From contig CBDCEW010000083.1 in assembly GCA_965215885.1 (NCBI GenBank), positions 14,875 to 78,874 of the forward strand: a stretch of 64,000 nt of DNA, read 5' to 3'. A model generated the notes under the pieces. That model was not told where the DNA came from and ran no database searches. It saw only the letters and a list, made by a program, of their open reading frames with translations. A program made the position numbers and the translations under genes. The stretch is from Candidatus Moanibacter sp. Its GTDB lineage: Bacteria > Verrucomicrobiota > Verrucomicrobiia > Opitutales > UBA2987. Each line of letters opens with the position of its first letter. Position 1 is the first letter of the stretch. Shown one piece after another: positions 21,294 to 31,779 of this stretch.

Positions 21294-23112
21294 TCAGGAG
21301 GCAATCCGATGGGGTTGCGGGTTTAAGGATTGATCCTGGCGATTACAGACTTCGAAGAGTTCCTCAAGGAAGTTTTCTTTTCGCAGGAGCTTTTTGGGCA
21401 ATCGACCCACGGCGAGGGTTTTTCTGTTCGCCCGCCAGTGACTGAAGGGGGGTGCTTTCTGTGCAGCCTGGGCAAGCTTTTGGGGCAGATTATCGATACT
21501 GCCTAAAACCAGCTCCACATAGCGGGGATTGTGTAAGTTGGCCAGGAGCATGTATTCTTCGGGGAGCGCTTCAAAGTCGCGCGTCAGATTTTTGCGCCCG
21601 TGGGTTTGACGGCGTTTGCGCTTGGAGGTGCGCCAGGTGCCTTCCAGCTCATTGGTCGTGCGTACGCTGTCTGGATGGGCCGGTGGGGGAAGCAGCCGCT
21701 GCCAGTATTTGTCCAGATGAGTGACCACGGTGCGGTAGAGTTTGGCTTTCGAGGGGTTGGTCAGGGAGGCGCCTTTTTGGCGATATTGGGCACGCAGCAA
21801 CTGGAGAGCCTCGGTGAGCTCAGCGGCTTGTCCTGCTTGCAACAGATAAGGGTCGCTTAAAGGGCAGGGGCCGCTGGCGCTGAGCCAAAGGGCATCGCGC
21901 AAAGCGCTGAAAATGCAAAAAGCGTTTTCATAGATAGTAGCGGCTTCGATGACGAGGGCATCAGCCAGATACTGCTTCAACCCGGTCGAAAGATGAAAGA
22001 AGCTTCGCAGAACAGAGCAACTGGCAGGAGCGCGGGCAAGCCACTGCTCCAGGGCGGCATGGGCGCGCACGACCCGCCGATGCCAATAAAGCAGGTAAGG
22101 ATCGAAGGGAAAGCCCTTGGCGGTGACCGTCGCAGGGATAATCCAAAATCCACAATTGCAGGGCCATGAGCAGTTCCCGTGCAAGGGTGGGATCGAAGGG
22201 CACTGCGAGCGCTTTGGCGGTGAGCAAATCGGCCAGGACGAGGGCGTGTTTTTCACGGAGGGCGTCACGGAGCTTTGCGGTGATGTGTTTGCGTTGCTCG
22301 CGCATGCGCTCCATGAGCTTCAATTGCCGCAAGCGCCCGTTGAGCATCTGCTGGGGTTTTCGATAAAGCTGTTCGCCCACATTGCGGGCGAAATGATAAT
22401 GGCAGACGCCATGGGGGGCCTGGAAGGTTTCGCTCTCGCAGGCCTTGCTGATCTGAGCGCTTAAATCATGATAGACATGGTGGGGTTGGCCAAAAGCCCG
22501 GGCCGCCCGGGCAAAACAGCCACTGATCGTTTCGCTCTGTTCGGAAGGCATTTTCCAGCTGCCCAAAAGGATCCCTTCGTCGGCTTCCTGAACAGCGAAG
22601 AAAACCGGCGTCTGCGGTTCCACGGTCCCATCCACCAGCCAGCGCAGGCAAGGGCGAGCGCTCAGGTAATCTTTAAGCACCGGAGCGGCCGCGGCGTGCA
22701 GCCGACCCAGATAAAAAAGAAACTTCTGCTGCATCTCATAGAGGCTGCTTTGAGCAATCTGCAGCTGCCCCGGGCCCTCGCGCAGTTCCCTGTGCACCTC
22801 TTTGAGGGTGGCGCTTTCGCACAAACATCGCTTGCCCACATAGGCAATCAGATCGTAAGCGTAGCGACTATGCGAGGGCACGATCTGTTCCAGGCGAGCA
22901 GAACGGTAGCTGTTGCGGTGGCTCCCTTGCCCCTGCTCGCGCACAACTTCCACCGCCTGGAAGCATCCATAGGAGAAACTGACCACCTTGCGGCGCAGGG
23001 TCTTGCGCACCTCTGAAGGACCCTCTTCGTCCTCCCGGGCATCGAAGCGATAACTCGTTTGCGCAGGCACAGCCCCCACCGTTTGCAGGGCCCGTTCAGC
23101 CTCTGCCCGCAA
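21294..23112 (-). pseudogene. DDE transposase with CxxH motif, split by a +1 frameshift
   Basis: VDGT, HDLS, CHYHF and RTTNELE motifs. Removing one G at 22114-22116 restores DGHRQGFPFDPYL. Confidence 0.8.
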
Positions 23113-23113
23113 A

Positions 23114-23830
23114 TCATGTAACAGCTCCGCTACCGCGATCGTTCCGGTTTTTTTTGAGCGAGTAAAACGCCATCACCCGCTCAATTTGCTCCCCGCTCAG
23201 CTCTACTCCCTGCTCTTGCATAAGCTCGACAAGCTCCTTGACCCCGGCCTCGGGATGGCCGATACAGGCGACCAGCAAAGCGATCACGACCATCGTTTCG
23301 AGCCCTTCGGGAGCTGCCTGCAAAGCGCCCCCGGGGTCCCCTGCCTGAACTTGTGCCGCTGTTCTTCGCCCTTGCCGCCGCTTTTTCTGTTCGGCCCCGC
23401 CCTGTTCCCCGGCCGAGACATACACGCAGTGACGCCCTTCATAGTATCGACTCAACCGCTTCTTTCTACAAAGCACGCTTATGGGGTTGTGCACCCGTAC
23501 CCCAAGGAGGGTCTCCAACTCAGCCACCGTGTAGCCGCAAAGCGAAGCTCCCACCACCGCCTCCACGGTCTCCTCCAAGGTGCCGTGGCGCGAAAAGCGC
23601 CCCTTGCGAAAACGCCACAAACCGGCCCCGTCAAAGCGCGGAATGTCTTTCAAGCTCAGGTAGCCACAATTGGCATTGTAACTGGAGTAATGGCCATATT
23701 TTTGCAAAGCCCGATAGACCGTTCGCCGCGACACCCTCTGCTCCTTCATCAGCCTCCACACCGTGCTTACCCGATCCCGCCGTACCGCTTCGACCACCTC
23801 CCTCTCTTTACGCGAAAGCTCTTCTTGCAT
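23114..23830 (-). CDS. IS upstream ORF with HTH (accessory protein or N-terminal half of the transposase)
   Basis: VSRRTVYRAL HTH-like segment and SSYNANCGY..IPRFD..GLW. It lies inside the IRs and ends shortly after an A8 run. Confidence 0.7.
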   Translation of the reverse strand: MQEELSRKEREVVEAVRRDRVSTVWRLMKEQRVSRRTVYRALQKYGHYSSYNANCGYLSLKDIPRFDGAGLWRFRKGRFSRHGTLEETVEAVVGASLCGYTVAELETLLGVRVHNPISVLCRKKRLSRYYEGRHCVYVSAGEQGGAEQKKRRQGRRTAAQVQAGDPGGALQAAPEGLETMVVIALLVACIGHPEAGVKELVELMQEQGVELSGEQIERVMAFYSLKKNRNDRGSGAVT

Positions 23831-24272
23831 GCACCGGCACAGTATGGAAAGGAGGCAAAACTGCAAACTTTACTTTACATACAATGCCAATACCAACTTT
23901 CTCCAGCTCCCTTCGCTTCTACTCAATTGCCACCAGAAATCAACTCCCCGTTCAAAGCGCTTTTGTAACTGATTAATACTCAACAAGTTTCTAACTGAAA
24001 ACAAACCTGCAGGAAAAGCTCTCTACCTCTAACGAACCCACACACAACAATCGTTGAAACTCCATTCTGGCATACTATGTAATCAATAGAATCTTGCAAG
24101 TGCCTGAATAACATTTACTTTGGGTTCTCCAACCCAATTTCGTAATTATGGGTCTTGTGCCGGGGTGGAGCGCGTTTCTTGCTACACACCGGGTACCTCT
24201 ACCTCGCTAAGATTCGGACGAGGCGTGGCAACCTTCTCTTGACCTGTCTACTTTGCGTAGATTGTTTCCAGT

Positions 24273-25484
24273 GTGAAAGTCTCAATGGACGCGGTTCTTT
24301 ATAAAATTCCCGGCGTGGAATGGCAACGGCTAGGCGGTATGTCCTTGCTGGAGCGCAACCTCAGACTTCTCGACGCGGCCGGCGTAAAGAGAGCGCTTGT
24401 CCTGGTCCCTCCAGGTGACCGGGCACCGTCACTTTCGATACCACGGCCATTACATCTCGATCGGCATACCTTCAACATCGCCGCGGATGAGAAGGATCTT
24501 CTATCTCTCCTACTCGATCTCGGCCGGCACGACCTCGGCACTTTCCTATTTTACAATGCGAATTTGCTCATCGATCCACGATTGATCGAAACTCTCCGAA
24601 ACCGCAACGCACCCTGTTTATTGGTTGAAGGTCAGGCGGAAAGGTCCAATCCAGTATGGCAGGTCGGGCTGTTCGATCCTCAACACCTGGTAGCGTCCGA
24701 AGACTTACTCAACATAGCTGATAGGATGGGAACTGATGAAGTATCGCATTACGACCCCGAAGTCAGGGGTGATGTTGTGCCCTATTGCGAGAAGATTGAC
24801 AGTGCGGCTTCGGCCAGGCTCGGCTGGCGCCTTCTCATCAAACGCGCCCAGAAAAGGCCCGGCGATTTTATCGAGAAATACGTCCATCCCGAAATTCAGA
24901 ACTGGACGGTGAAAAGCATATGCAACACGCCCATCACTCCAAACCAAATCAGCTTTCTAGTGGTTGTAAGTGCGTCTGCCGCAGCAGTTTTCTTCTACAT
25001 CGGTTCTTTCTTCCTGGCCTGGTTTGCCGCCTTTGTTGCTACCGTTCTGGACGGAGTCGACGGCAAACTCGCGCGAGTGAAGCTGATGACCTCAAAGGTC
25101 GGAAAACTTGAACACGTCTTCGACTATTTCTATGAAAATGCATGGTACCTATGTCTGGCGGCACATTTAGCGCAGTGGCACGGATTTTTCGCCTGGAAAG
25201 TGGGTTTGGCTGTGACGGCATGCGACACGGCAAACAAAATAATCGGTGGTCTTTTCGGGAAGTATACCGGCAAGACACTCGATGAGATGTCTCAATTTGA
25301 CCGTGATTTTCGTCTCATCGGAGGGAGACGGAGCATCTACATCTTCATCCTCCTTATCGGCTTCCTCTTCCAAGCGCCCTTTCCGGCATTTCAGGTGGTT
25401 CTCCTCTGGGCTGCATTTACCGTCACCGTACAAGCGTGCCGCGCCGTATACCACGCCCTTGAAACGAACTCGCCGGCAGCCTGA
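24273..25484 (+). CDS. CDP-alcohol phosphotransferase with N-terminal degenerate nucleotidyltransferase-like domain
   Basis: ITPNQIS and LDGVDGKLAR..SKVGKLEHVFD, plus TM helices; N-terminal LGGMSLLERNLRLL. Confidence 0.88.
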   Translation: MKVSMDAVLYKIPGVEWQRLGGMSLLERNLRLLDAAGVKRALVLVPPGDRAPSLSIPRPLHLDRHTFNIAADEKDLLSLLLDLGRHDLGTFLFYNANLLIDPRLIETLRNRNAPCLLVEGQAERSNPVWQVGLFDPQHLVASEDLLNIADRMGTDEVSHYDPEVRGDVVPYCEKIDSAASARLGWRLLIKRAQKRPGDFIEKYVHPEIQNWTVKSICNTPITPNQISFLVVVSASAAAVFFYIGSFFLAWFAAFVATVLDGVDGKLARVKLMTSKVGKLEHVFDYFYENAWYLCLAAHLAQWHGFFAWKVGLAVTACDTANKIIGGLFGKYTGKTLDEMSQFDRDFRLIGGRRSIYIFILLIGFLFQAPFPAFQVVLLWAAFTVTVQACRAVYHALETNSPAA

Positions 25485-25544
25485 CGGGCTTCGCTTCCCA
25501 GAGATTTCATGCCAACCAACTGGGCGGCATCCCCAATCACCTGG

Positions 25545-26376
25545 GTGTCATTGCGAGGAGGAACGACGAAGCAATCCACGATTCCGATGTGCCTAAAAAC
25601 GCTCCTCGGGAAATCGCGAGAAAACGATCACGATTAAGGCGCAGTGATCGATTCGGCTGAAAATGGCCCACATTCTTTCCCTGCGGTGATCGATCGTTGA
25701 AACACGAATTCTCGACCGAACCTCTACTCGATCAGCAGGCACGACTCACTGACAAGCACAGTGGGATGGGGCGGAGCCCACAGTGGGAGAAATCCTAAGA
25801 TTATTCGAAGGCCGAATGCCTGGATTGCTTCGTCATTCTTCCTCGCAATGATATGTTTTGCGTAGTGCAGCGAGCGGATGAATCATGACTTGGATTTGAT
25901 CTAAATTAGGTCCGACGGATTTCCGGACTAGAGTCGTGCCGAACCGACGATCTACCTAACGGAATTGTCTTGCCCCAAGACCATTAGGCTGGAAATTCGT
26001 GTCATTGCGAGAAGGAACGACGAAGCAATCCGCGATTCCGATCAGCCGAAATGCTTCTCGGAAAATCGCGAGAAAACGATCATGATTAAGGAGCAGTGAT
26101 CGATTCGGCTGAATATGGCCCATGTCCTTTCCTTGCGGTGCGCGATCGTTGAAACACGAATTCTCGACCGAACCTCTATTCGATCAGCAGGCACGACTCA
26201 CTGACAAGCACAGTGGGATGGGGCGGAGCCCACAGTGGGAGAAATCTTAAGGCTATTCGTAGGCCGAATGCCTGGATTGCTTCGTCATTCTTCCTCGCAA
26301 TGACAAGCTTCGTAGAGTGTGGCGAGTGGATGAATCATGACTTGAATTTGATCCGCCGTAAGTCCGACAGATTCCC
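25545..26376. repeat. two diverged tandem copies of a ~380-bp palindrome-bounded element
   Basis: Copies start at 25545 and 25999. Each is bounded by tcattgcgag..gacgaagcaatcc / ggattgcttcgtc..ctcgcaatga. Confidence 0.92.
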
Positions 26377-26377
26377 A

Positions 26378-26555
26378 ACCCGGACATTTCACACACATCG
26401 TAGGGAGGCCGCGTAGATTGCTGCGGATCAAGGCCTTTTCGCAGTCCGGCGGGCGACAGCGTGTTGGAACCCCCTGAGGTCGCCGGACAAGGGAAGGCTT
26501 TGAGGCGCAGTGAGATCCGCGGTCGCAGCAGATGGTTTGTGAAATGTTCGGGCTA
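26378..26555. mobile_element. ~180-bp MITE-like element, copy 1
   Basis: TIR cccggacatttcaca / tgtgaaatgttcggg; homologous copy at 40390-40569. Confidence 0.82.
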
Positions 26556-27281
26556 GAGGCTGCCGTGCATATTTTCCAGCAGGACGTTTTCCGCCTTTCG
26601 AATTGCATCGGGATCATCCACGTCTACCCAAAACCGACCACGAAACTCGGCAGCGTTAGCCCGACCCTCTTCCGCTAGAACGCGCACTCCGCCGCTCAGA
26701 CTGAAATCGCCTCGCTCGATGATACTCTTATCAAGAGCCTCAAAAATGGCCGGACTGCACATGAAGATACCGGTATCGAATCCGTTGAAGTCGTCCAACC
26801 CTTTACCTATACTCCGTATCTTTCCCCCCTGCACCTTTACCCGGGTGACATCATCCATATCGACGGTAGAGTTCCGCGTATCCCGATCCACCGCCAGATT
26901 GATTTCATCCAAACGCAGAGGCACTTCGATCAACTCTCTCAAAGTACTGGAATCGAAAATGTGATCGGCCATAAGGAGTAAAAATGGTTCGTCAATATAG
27001 GCCTTCGCCTTCAAAACCGAGAGGCCGTTCTCCTTCTCCCACTCTTCGTTGTATATTGGGGTGATGGGGACCTCAAGGCGCGCCGAAAGGTCTTCGAGAA
27101 ACGCCGTTACGAGATCCTTGTTAAATCCTACGACGACGAAAAATTCGCCTACTCCGGCATCCATCGCAGAACGGATTACTCGTTCGATGAGAGGAACGCC
27201 AAAGACCGGAATAAGGGGTTTGCTGTTACCCCGTAACTGTAATCGACTCCCTTTTCCGGCCGCTATGATCAGACACTTCAT
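26553..27281 (-). CDS. NTP transferase, CTP:inositol-1-phosphate cytidylyltransferase (IPCT)-like
   Basis: IIAAGKGSRL, KPL, WEKENGLSVLKA, LLMADH, DTGIF and WVDVD motifs; directly downstream of ino1. Confidence 0.85.
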   Translation of the reverse strand: MKCLIIAAGKGSRLQLRGNSKPLIPVFGVPLIERVIRSAMDAGVGEFFVVVGFNKDLVTAFLEDLSARLEVPITPIYNEEWEKENGLSVLKAKAYIDEPFLLLMADHIFDSSTLRELIEVPLRLDEINLAVDRDTRNSTVDMDDVTRVKVQGGKIRSIGKGLDDFNGFDTGIFMCSPAIFEALDKSIIERGDFSLSGGVRVLAEEGRANAAEFRGRFWVDVDDPDAIRKAENVLLENMHGSL

Positions 27282-28392
27282 TCTTCGAACGACCCTCTTC
27301 CATTTCGATGATGAATCGCTCCATCATATGAAATGCCTCGTCATCGGTGAATTGCCGAGGCGGATGTTTGCAGAAATACGCTGAAGGCGCGTAGAGAATG
27401 CCACCCTTACCGCAATCCAATGCCAGCTTCGCGCATCGGATGGCGTCAATTGCCACTCCCGCGGAGTTGGGGGAATCTTCCACGGAGAGTCGCACCTCGA
27501 GATTCATCGGCACATTGCCGAAAAGAAGCCCTTCCATCCGGATAAACGCTACCTTGTTATCCTTCTGCCAGGGGACGTAGTCGCTCGGCCCGATATGGAT
27601 GCTGTCTTCATCCATTCGACACGCTGTAACAGACTGCACGGCTTCTGTCTTGGAGATCTTTTTCGATGCTAACCGGCTTCTGCTGAGCATATTTAGAAAA
27701 TCCGTGTTACCACCCGTGTTAAGCTGATAAGTACGCTCCAGCTTAACGCCCCGTTTTTTGAACAGGTCCGTCAACGTGCGATGCGCGATGGTTGCGCCCA
27801 ACTGCGCTTTAATATCGTCGCCAATGATCGGAAGCCCCTTCTCTTCAAAGCGTTTCGCCCACTCCGGATCACTCGCAATAAAGACCGGCATGTTGTTGAT
27901 GAAGGCCACATTCGCCTCTAACGCGCACCTGGCATAAAATCGGGTCGCCTCCTCCGATCCGACGGGTAGATAGTTCAATAGGATCTCCACTCCAGACTCT
28001 ATGATCGCCTCGACAATCTCATCCTCCGTCAGCTCCGCTTCGCTTGACAGAACGAATGTCTGCCTCTCCTTGAAATCCTTCATGTGCTCGGCGAACCCGT
28101 CTATCAGCTTACCCATCTTTACCTGCACACCGGCTTTCGGTAAATCACCGCAGAATACAGTGGTGCAATTCGGCGCCTCAAAGATTGCTTCATTGACGTC
28201 TTTGCCGACTTTTCGAGCGTCGATGTCGAACGCAGCCACCACTTCGATATCACTCGGCTTGTAGTCGCCGAGTTCCGGATGCATCAAGCCGATCGCATTC
28301 TCGAGGTTTTCCTCATTATAATAGTGGATTCCTTGAATCAGCGAACTCGCACAATTTCCGACTCCGACAATCGCAATTTTTATTTTGCTCAT
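27226..28392 (-). CDS. ino1: myo-inositol-3-phosphate synthase
   Basis: VGVGNCASSL, YLPVGSE, GDDIK, YQLNTGGNTDFLNM and DSPNSAG motifs. Confidence 0.95.
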   Translation of the reverse strand: MSKIKIAIVGVGNCASSLIQGIHYYNEENLENAIGLMHPELGDYKPSDIEVVAAFDIDARKVGKDVNEAIFEAPNCTTVFCGDLPKAGVQVKMGKLIDGFAEHMKDFKERQTFVLSSEAELTEDEIVEAIIESGVEILLNYLPVGSEEATRFYARCALEANVAFINNMPVFIASDPEWAKRFEEKGLPIIGDDIKAQLGATIAHRTLTDLFKKRGVKLERTYQLNTGGNTDFLNMLSRSRLASKKISKTEAVQSVTACRMDEDSIHIGPSDYVPWQKDNKVAFIRMEGLLFGNVPMNLEVRLSVEDSPNSAGVAIDAIRCAKLALDCGKGGILYAPSAYFCKHPPRQFTDDEAFHMMERFIIEMEEGRSKNEVSDHSGRKRESITVTG

Positions 28393-28430
28393 ACCTAAAT
28401 CTTTCCCTTAGCGGCTTTTATGTCAAGAGT

Positions 28431-31049
28431 TCAACGCTTCTTCCGCAGGAGGTAAAACGCCGGCAGCAAGAGCAGAGTAGTCGCCATCGTGAGGAGAACT
28501 CCGAGTGTTAGCAGCTTCCCCATACTTGCCGTTCCCTGATGGCTCAGGAAAATGAGAGTGCCGAAACTGAAAACCGTAGTAAGAGCGCTGAAAAGGACAC
28601 CTCTCGCAGTGCTGGTCTTGAGGAAATCAGAATCCGAGTCAGCCAATTTTCGCATCCTGTGCACCATATGTATTCCATTGTCGACCCCGAGCCCAAGGAG
28701 GAGCGGCAACGCGATAATATTAGCGAAGTTGAATGGTATCTGTAAGAATACGGTAGAGGCTCCCGTGAATAGTCCAGCAACCAACAGGGGAAAGAGAACA
28801 TAGAGAGAGTCCACAAAGTTTCGCAGGACAATAAAGAGCAAAATCGAGATGAGAATTACCGCGCTGACAAAGGCCTGTTTAAACGAGCCGACCACGGCCC
28901 GGCCGGATTCGTAGGTAAAAATCGGACCGGAAGTAGCATCCGGCTCTACCGTTCTAACGTCCCACACAAATTTCTCGAGAGCGTCGTTATCTGAAATATC
29001 TTCTTCAGCAAAAACCTGAATACGAATCCCGCCATCTTCGCTCACCCACCGTTCGAACAGATCGCGCGGCAGATCTTTACGATTGAACGGCTCAGCCAAA
29101 AAAGCTTTCTTGAGCGTTCCCAAAGCAAACTGCAAGGTGCCCGTCAAACTTTTCTCAAGACTTTCCAGCCTCGGCTCACGCATTTCCACATTATTCGATT
29201 CGACGGCAGCGATAAAATCCTTCAACTGAACCGCCATCCGGGAAAGCTGCGCCCGCGCCGCAACTTCAGGGTATTCACTCAGTTTAGCCAGAAAATCTTC
29301 GATCTGCTCTATCTGTTCGTCCGAACTGGGCTTCGTCGTCTCGGGTAAATCGAGCAGAGAGGTTCCGATGATTAAATCCAGATCATCGATCAGGAGCATC
29401 TTTTCATCCTGATCCGTCGGCATGAAATCATGGATCGATACCACCTTGTCGACCGTTTCCAGTTTCTCCAGGCGTTCGACAGTTTTTCGTGAATTCTCCT
29501 CATCATTTGCCAGCACAACTATGGTGGAGGGATGCTTTCCGCTGTCCCGGATTATGTCCATTATAGCCTCGATCGATTCCGTCTTCTGATCACGCAATTT
29601 AATTGGATCGAATTCAAACTTTGCCAGCGGAAGCGAAACTAGAGAACCAAAGACCAGCACGACGGCACACCATCGAATGAGGCGCGCGTGACGGTAGACG
29701 ATTGATTTATTCTCAATTGAGGCACCCGCACCCTCGGCAGCCCCCGATTTCCTGCCTTTTTCGATTTGGAAGAGTCGAATTAACGCCGGTAGAACCGTCA
29801 GGCTTATTGCGAGACTGATGAACATACCCGTCCCGGAAATGAGCCCGAGTTCAGATACACCAGCGTAGGCGGTCGGAATAAATGAGTAAAAACCGATCGC
29901 GGTGGAGACCGTACACATCAAAAGCGATGGACCGATATCCAGGATACTCTCTCGTATCGCCTCTTCTTGGGAAATACCCTCTGCCACCAGCTCCTTGTAG
30001 CGCAGACAGAGGTGTATGGCATAATCGACGCCCATACCGATATAGAGCACCGCAAAAGCGATGGAGATCAGGTTCAGGTGTCCAACCGCAAGAGTGGCGA
30101 ATCCCGCCGTCAAAATGATACCCATGATGAGGGATAAGAGAGTCGCAAACACCATGGGAAGGGAGCGAAGTCCCGTAAACAGACAGAGGCACACCAATAC
30201 CAGCGATGCGACACCGGCTCGGGTCGAACCCTCCATCAAACCAACCATCTCTTCGTGTCCCACTGCAGCGCCGCCCGTGGTGCGTACCCGAATACCCCAT
30301 TTTCGCTCCAATTCCAGTTCATCTCCTATCGCCCCAATCACATCGAGGGCTTCCCCCGCGGGAAATAGTCTGCTATAATCAAACCGAGGACGCACGATCA
30401 CTAGCGTTCGACGATCAATGATATCCGATTCGCTGTCGCCCATGACATCCTGCCACGACAACGCAAAGGGCTCTCCATTGAGATTGGCTGTAAGCGCCCG
30501 ATTGATATTTCCAAATAGCGAATTCAGGTCTATATCGGGATCGTCATCGAGTAGCTCTACGGCCGTCTCGAGCATTTCAAAAAGCCCGCGTAGAGTCGGA
30601 TCCTGGTACAGCGAAACCATGGCCGGCTGGGCCCGCGCCAGATCGTTAGTCAGGTCTTCAAGTTCCTCGATATCCAGGAAAAGCAACCCGTTTTGCTCCA
30701 GAAAATCTCCTCCCCTCGGCAGATAGGTATCGATAAAAATCTCCTCTTTCTCACCCAACCGGTCCGCCAGAATGCGGGCCGCCTCTTTTGAGTATTCGGG
30801 TGTGTCCGCCTCCACCACGACGATGAGCAAACCGATATGCCTGGGAAAGGCTGCCTTATACTCAGCGTAGATCCGCCTGAATGGCAGATCGGTCGATATC
30901 ATTTCGTTGGCGTCGGTATTGAAACCTAGATTTCGAACCACGTAAACCGCGGTTGCAGCAGTGAACAAAAGGCCGGCGATGACAACCCAAAGGGCATAAT
31001 GATAGACCCCCTTACCGATCCAGGTCAGTGTTCGTGTTATTATCCCCAT
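28431..31049 (-). CDS. hpnN: hopanoid RND/MMPL transporter
   Basis: 872 aa MMPL topology; LNLISIAFAVLYIGMGVDY and FNFANIIALPLLLGLGVDNG; located in the shc operon. Confidence 0.9.
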   Translation of the reverse strand: MGIITRTLTWIGKGVYHYALWVVIAGLLFTAATAVYVVRNLGFNTDANEMISTDLPFRRIYAEYKAAFPRHIGLLIVVVEADTPEYSKEAARILADRLGEKEEIFIDTYLPRGGDFLEQNGLLFLDIEELEDLTNDLARAQPAMVSLYQDPTLRGLFEMLETAVELLDDDPDIDLNSLFGNINRALTANLNGEPFALSWQDVMGDSESDIIDRRTLVIVRPRFDYSRLFPAGEALDVIGAIGDELELERKWGIRVRTTGGAAVGHEEMVGLMEGSTRAGVASLVLVCLCLFTGLRSLPMVFATLLSLIMGIILTAGFATLAVGHLNLISIAFAVLYIGMGVDYAIHLCLRYKELVAEGISQEEAIRESILDIGPSLLMCTVSTAIGFYSFIPTAYAGVSELGLISGTGMFISLAISLTVLPALIRLFQIEKGRKSGAAEGAGASIENKSIVYRHARLIRWCAVVLVFGSLVSLPLAKFEFDPIKLRDQKTESIEAIMDIIRDSGKHPSTIVVLANDEENSRKTVERLEKLETVDKVVSIHDFMPTDQDEKMLLIDDLDLIIGTSLLDLPETTKPSSDEQIEQIEDFLAKLSEYPEVAARAQLSRMAVQLKDFIAAVESNNVEMREPRLESLEKSLTGTLQFALGTLKKAFLAEPFNRKDLPRDLFERWVSEDGGIRIQVFAEEDISDNDALEKFVWDVRTVEPDATSGPIFTYESGRAVVGSFKQAFVSAVILISILLFIVLRNFVDSLYVLFPLLVAGLFTGASTVFLQIPFNFANIIALPLLLGLGVDNGIHMVHRMRKLADSDSDFLKTSTARGVLFSALTTVFSFGTLIFLSHQGTASMGKLLTLGVLLTMATTLLLLPAFYLLRKKR

Positions 31050-31053
31050 TGTT

Positions 31054-31779
31054 TCATATACCTAAAAAGAAACTGTCCGACTCCCGCAAATGGTTCGCGA
31101 CCCGCTTCAAAGTTTTCTCGGCCTCGCCAAACTGCCGGGCGAGTTTCATCAATGCCGGTAATTCGTAAGGACGAAACATCAATCGCAAAAACACTTTCAG
31201 TCTTCTCGCCGTCCCATGAGTTTTATCCATAGAGCTTTGAACGCATTGCGGTATTCCTGAATCATATCCATCAGCAACCGCGCAGACGGCAAGAAACGGC
31301 TTCTTTCTCCTCTTCGCAACAGCGGCTGCCGGGGCGCTTTCCATGTCCACGATATCCGCACCCCACCGCTCCCGCAGCAATCGTTTTCCCGCGGGTTGGG
31401 CGACTAGATTATCGCTGTGGATAAGGCACCCTCCATTCGGGGTAACCGATCCCGATAACCGATCGTAGAGCCGATTCCTCCATTCGGCATCGACCGTGAG
31501 CTCGTCCTGACCGTCTCTCATCAACCGCTCGGGCAACACAAGATCGCCCGCCTTCAACCGGGGATTGAGGGACGCTGCACATCCCCATTTCATGAGCCCA
31601 TCGGCTCCTGATTCCACCAGTGCCTCACTCGCCTTGTGCGCATTTTCGGGCCCCATTCCGGAACAGAGACATATAATACCGGATTCGATCTCAATCAATT
31701 TTCCAGTGCGGCCATTCTCAGGCGTTAAACTTCCCAGCTCTTCAGGAAGGGCGACAACGATACCAAGCACAGTCTTCAC
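31054..31779 (-). CDS. hpnG: hopanoid-associated nucleosidase/phosphorylase
   Basis: SGMG and VDMES PNP/MTAN-family motifs; overlaps the shc stop (GTGA). Confidence 0.85.
   Translation of the reverse strand: MKTVLGIVVALPEELGSLTPENGRTGKLIEIESGIICLCSGMGPENAHKASEALVESGADGLMKWGCAASLNPRLKAGDLVLPERLMRDGQDELTVDAEWRNRLYDRLSGSVTPNGGCLIHSDNLVAQPAGKRLLRERWGADIVDMESAPAAAVAKRRKKPFLAVCAVADGYDSGIPQCVQSSMDKTHGTARRLKVFLRLMFRPYELPALMKLARQFGEAEKTLKRVANHLRESDSFFLGI

Larger units (their letters stand above)
21196..24151 (-). mobile_element. 2956-bp Mutator-like (IS256/ISL3/ISKra4-related) insertion sequence
   Basis: IRs ccatcgttctgaatttcggttgg / ccaacccaatttcgtaattatgg; 9-bp TSD gtcttgtgc at 21187-21195 and 24152-24160. 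Confidence 0.88.

Noticed and set aside
27226..27281. 56-bp ino1/IPCT overlap as a recoding signal
   Set aside because: No slippery site seen; a drifted stop codon explains it.
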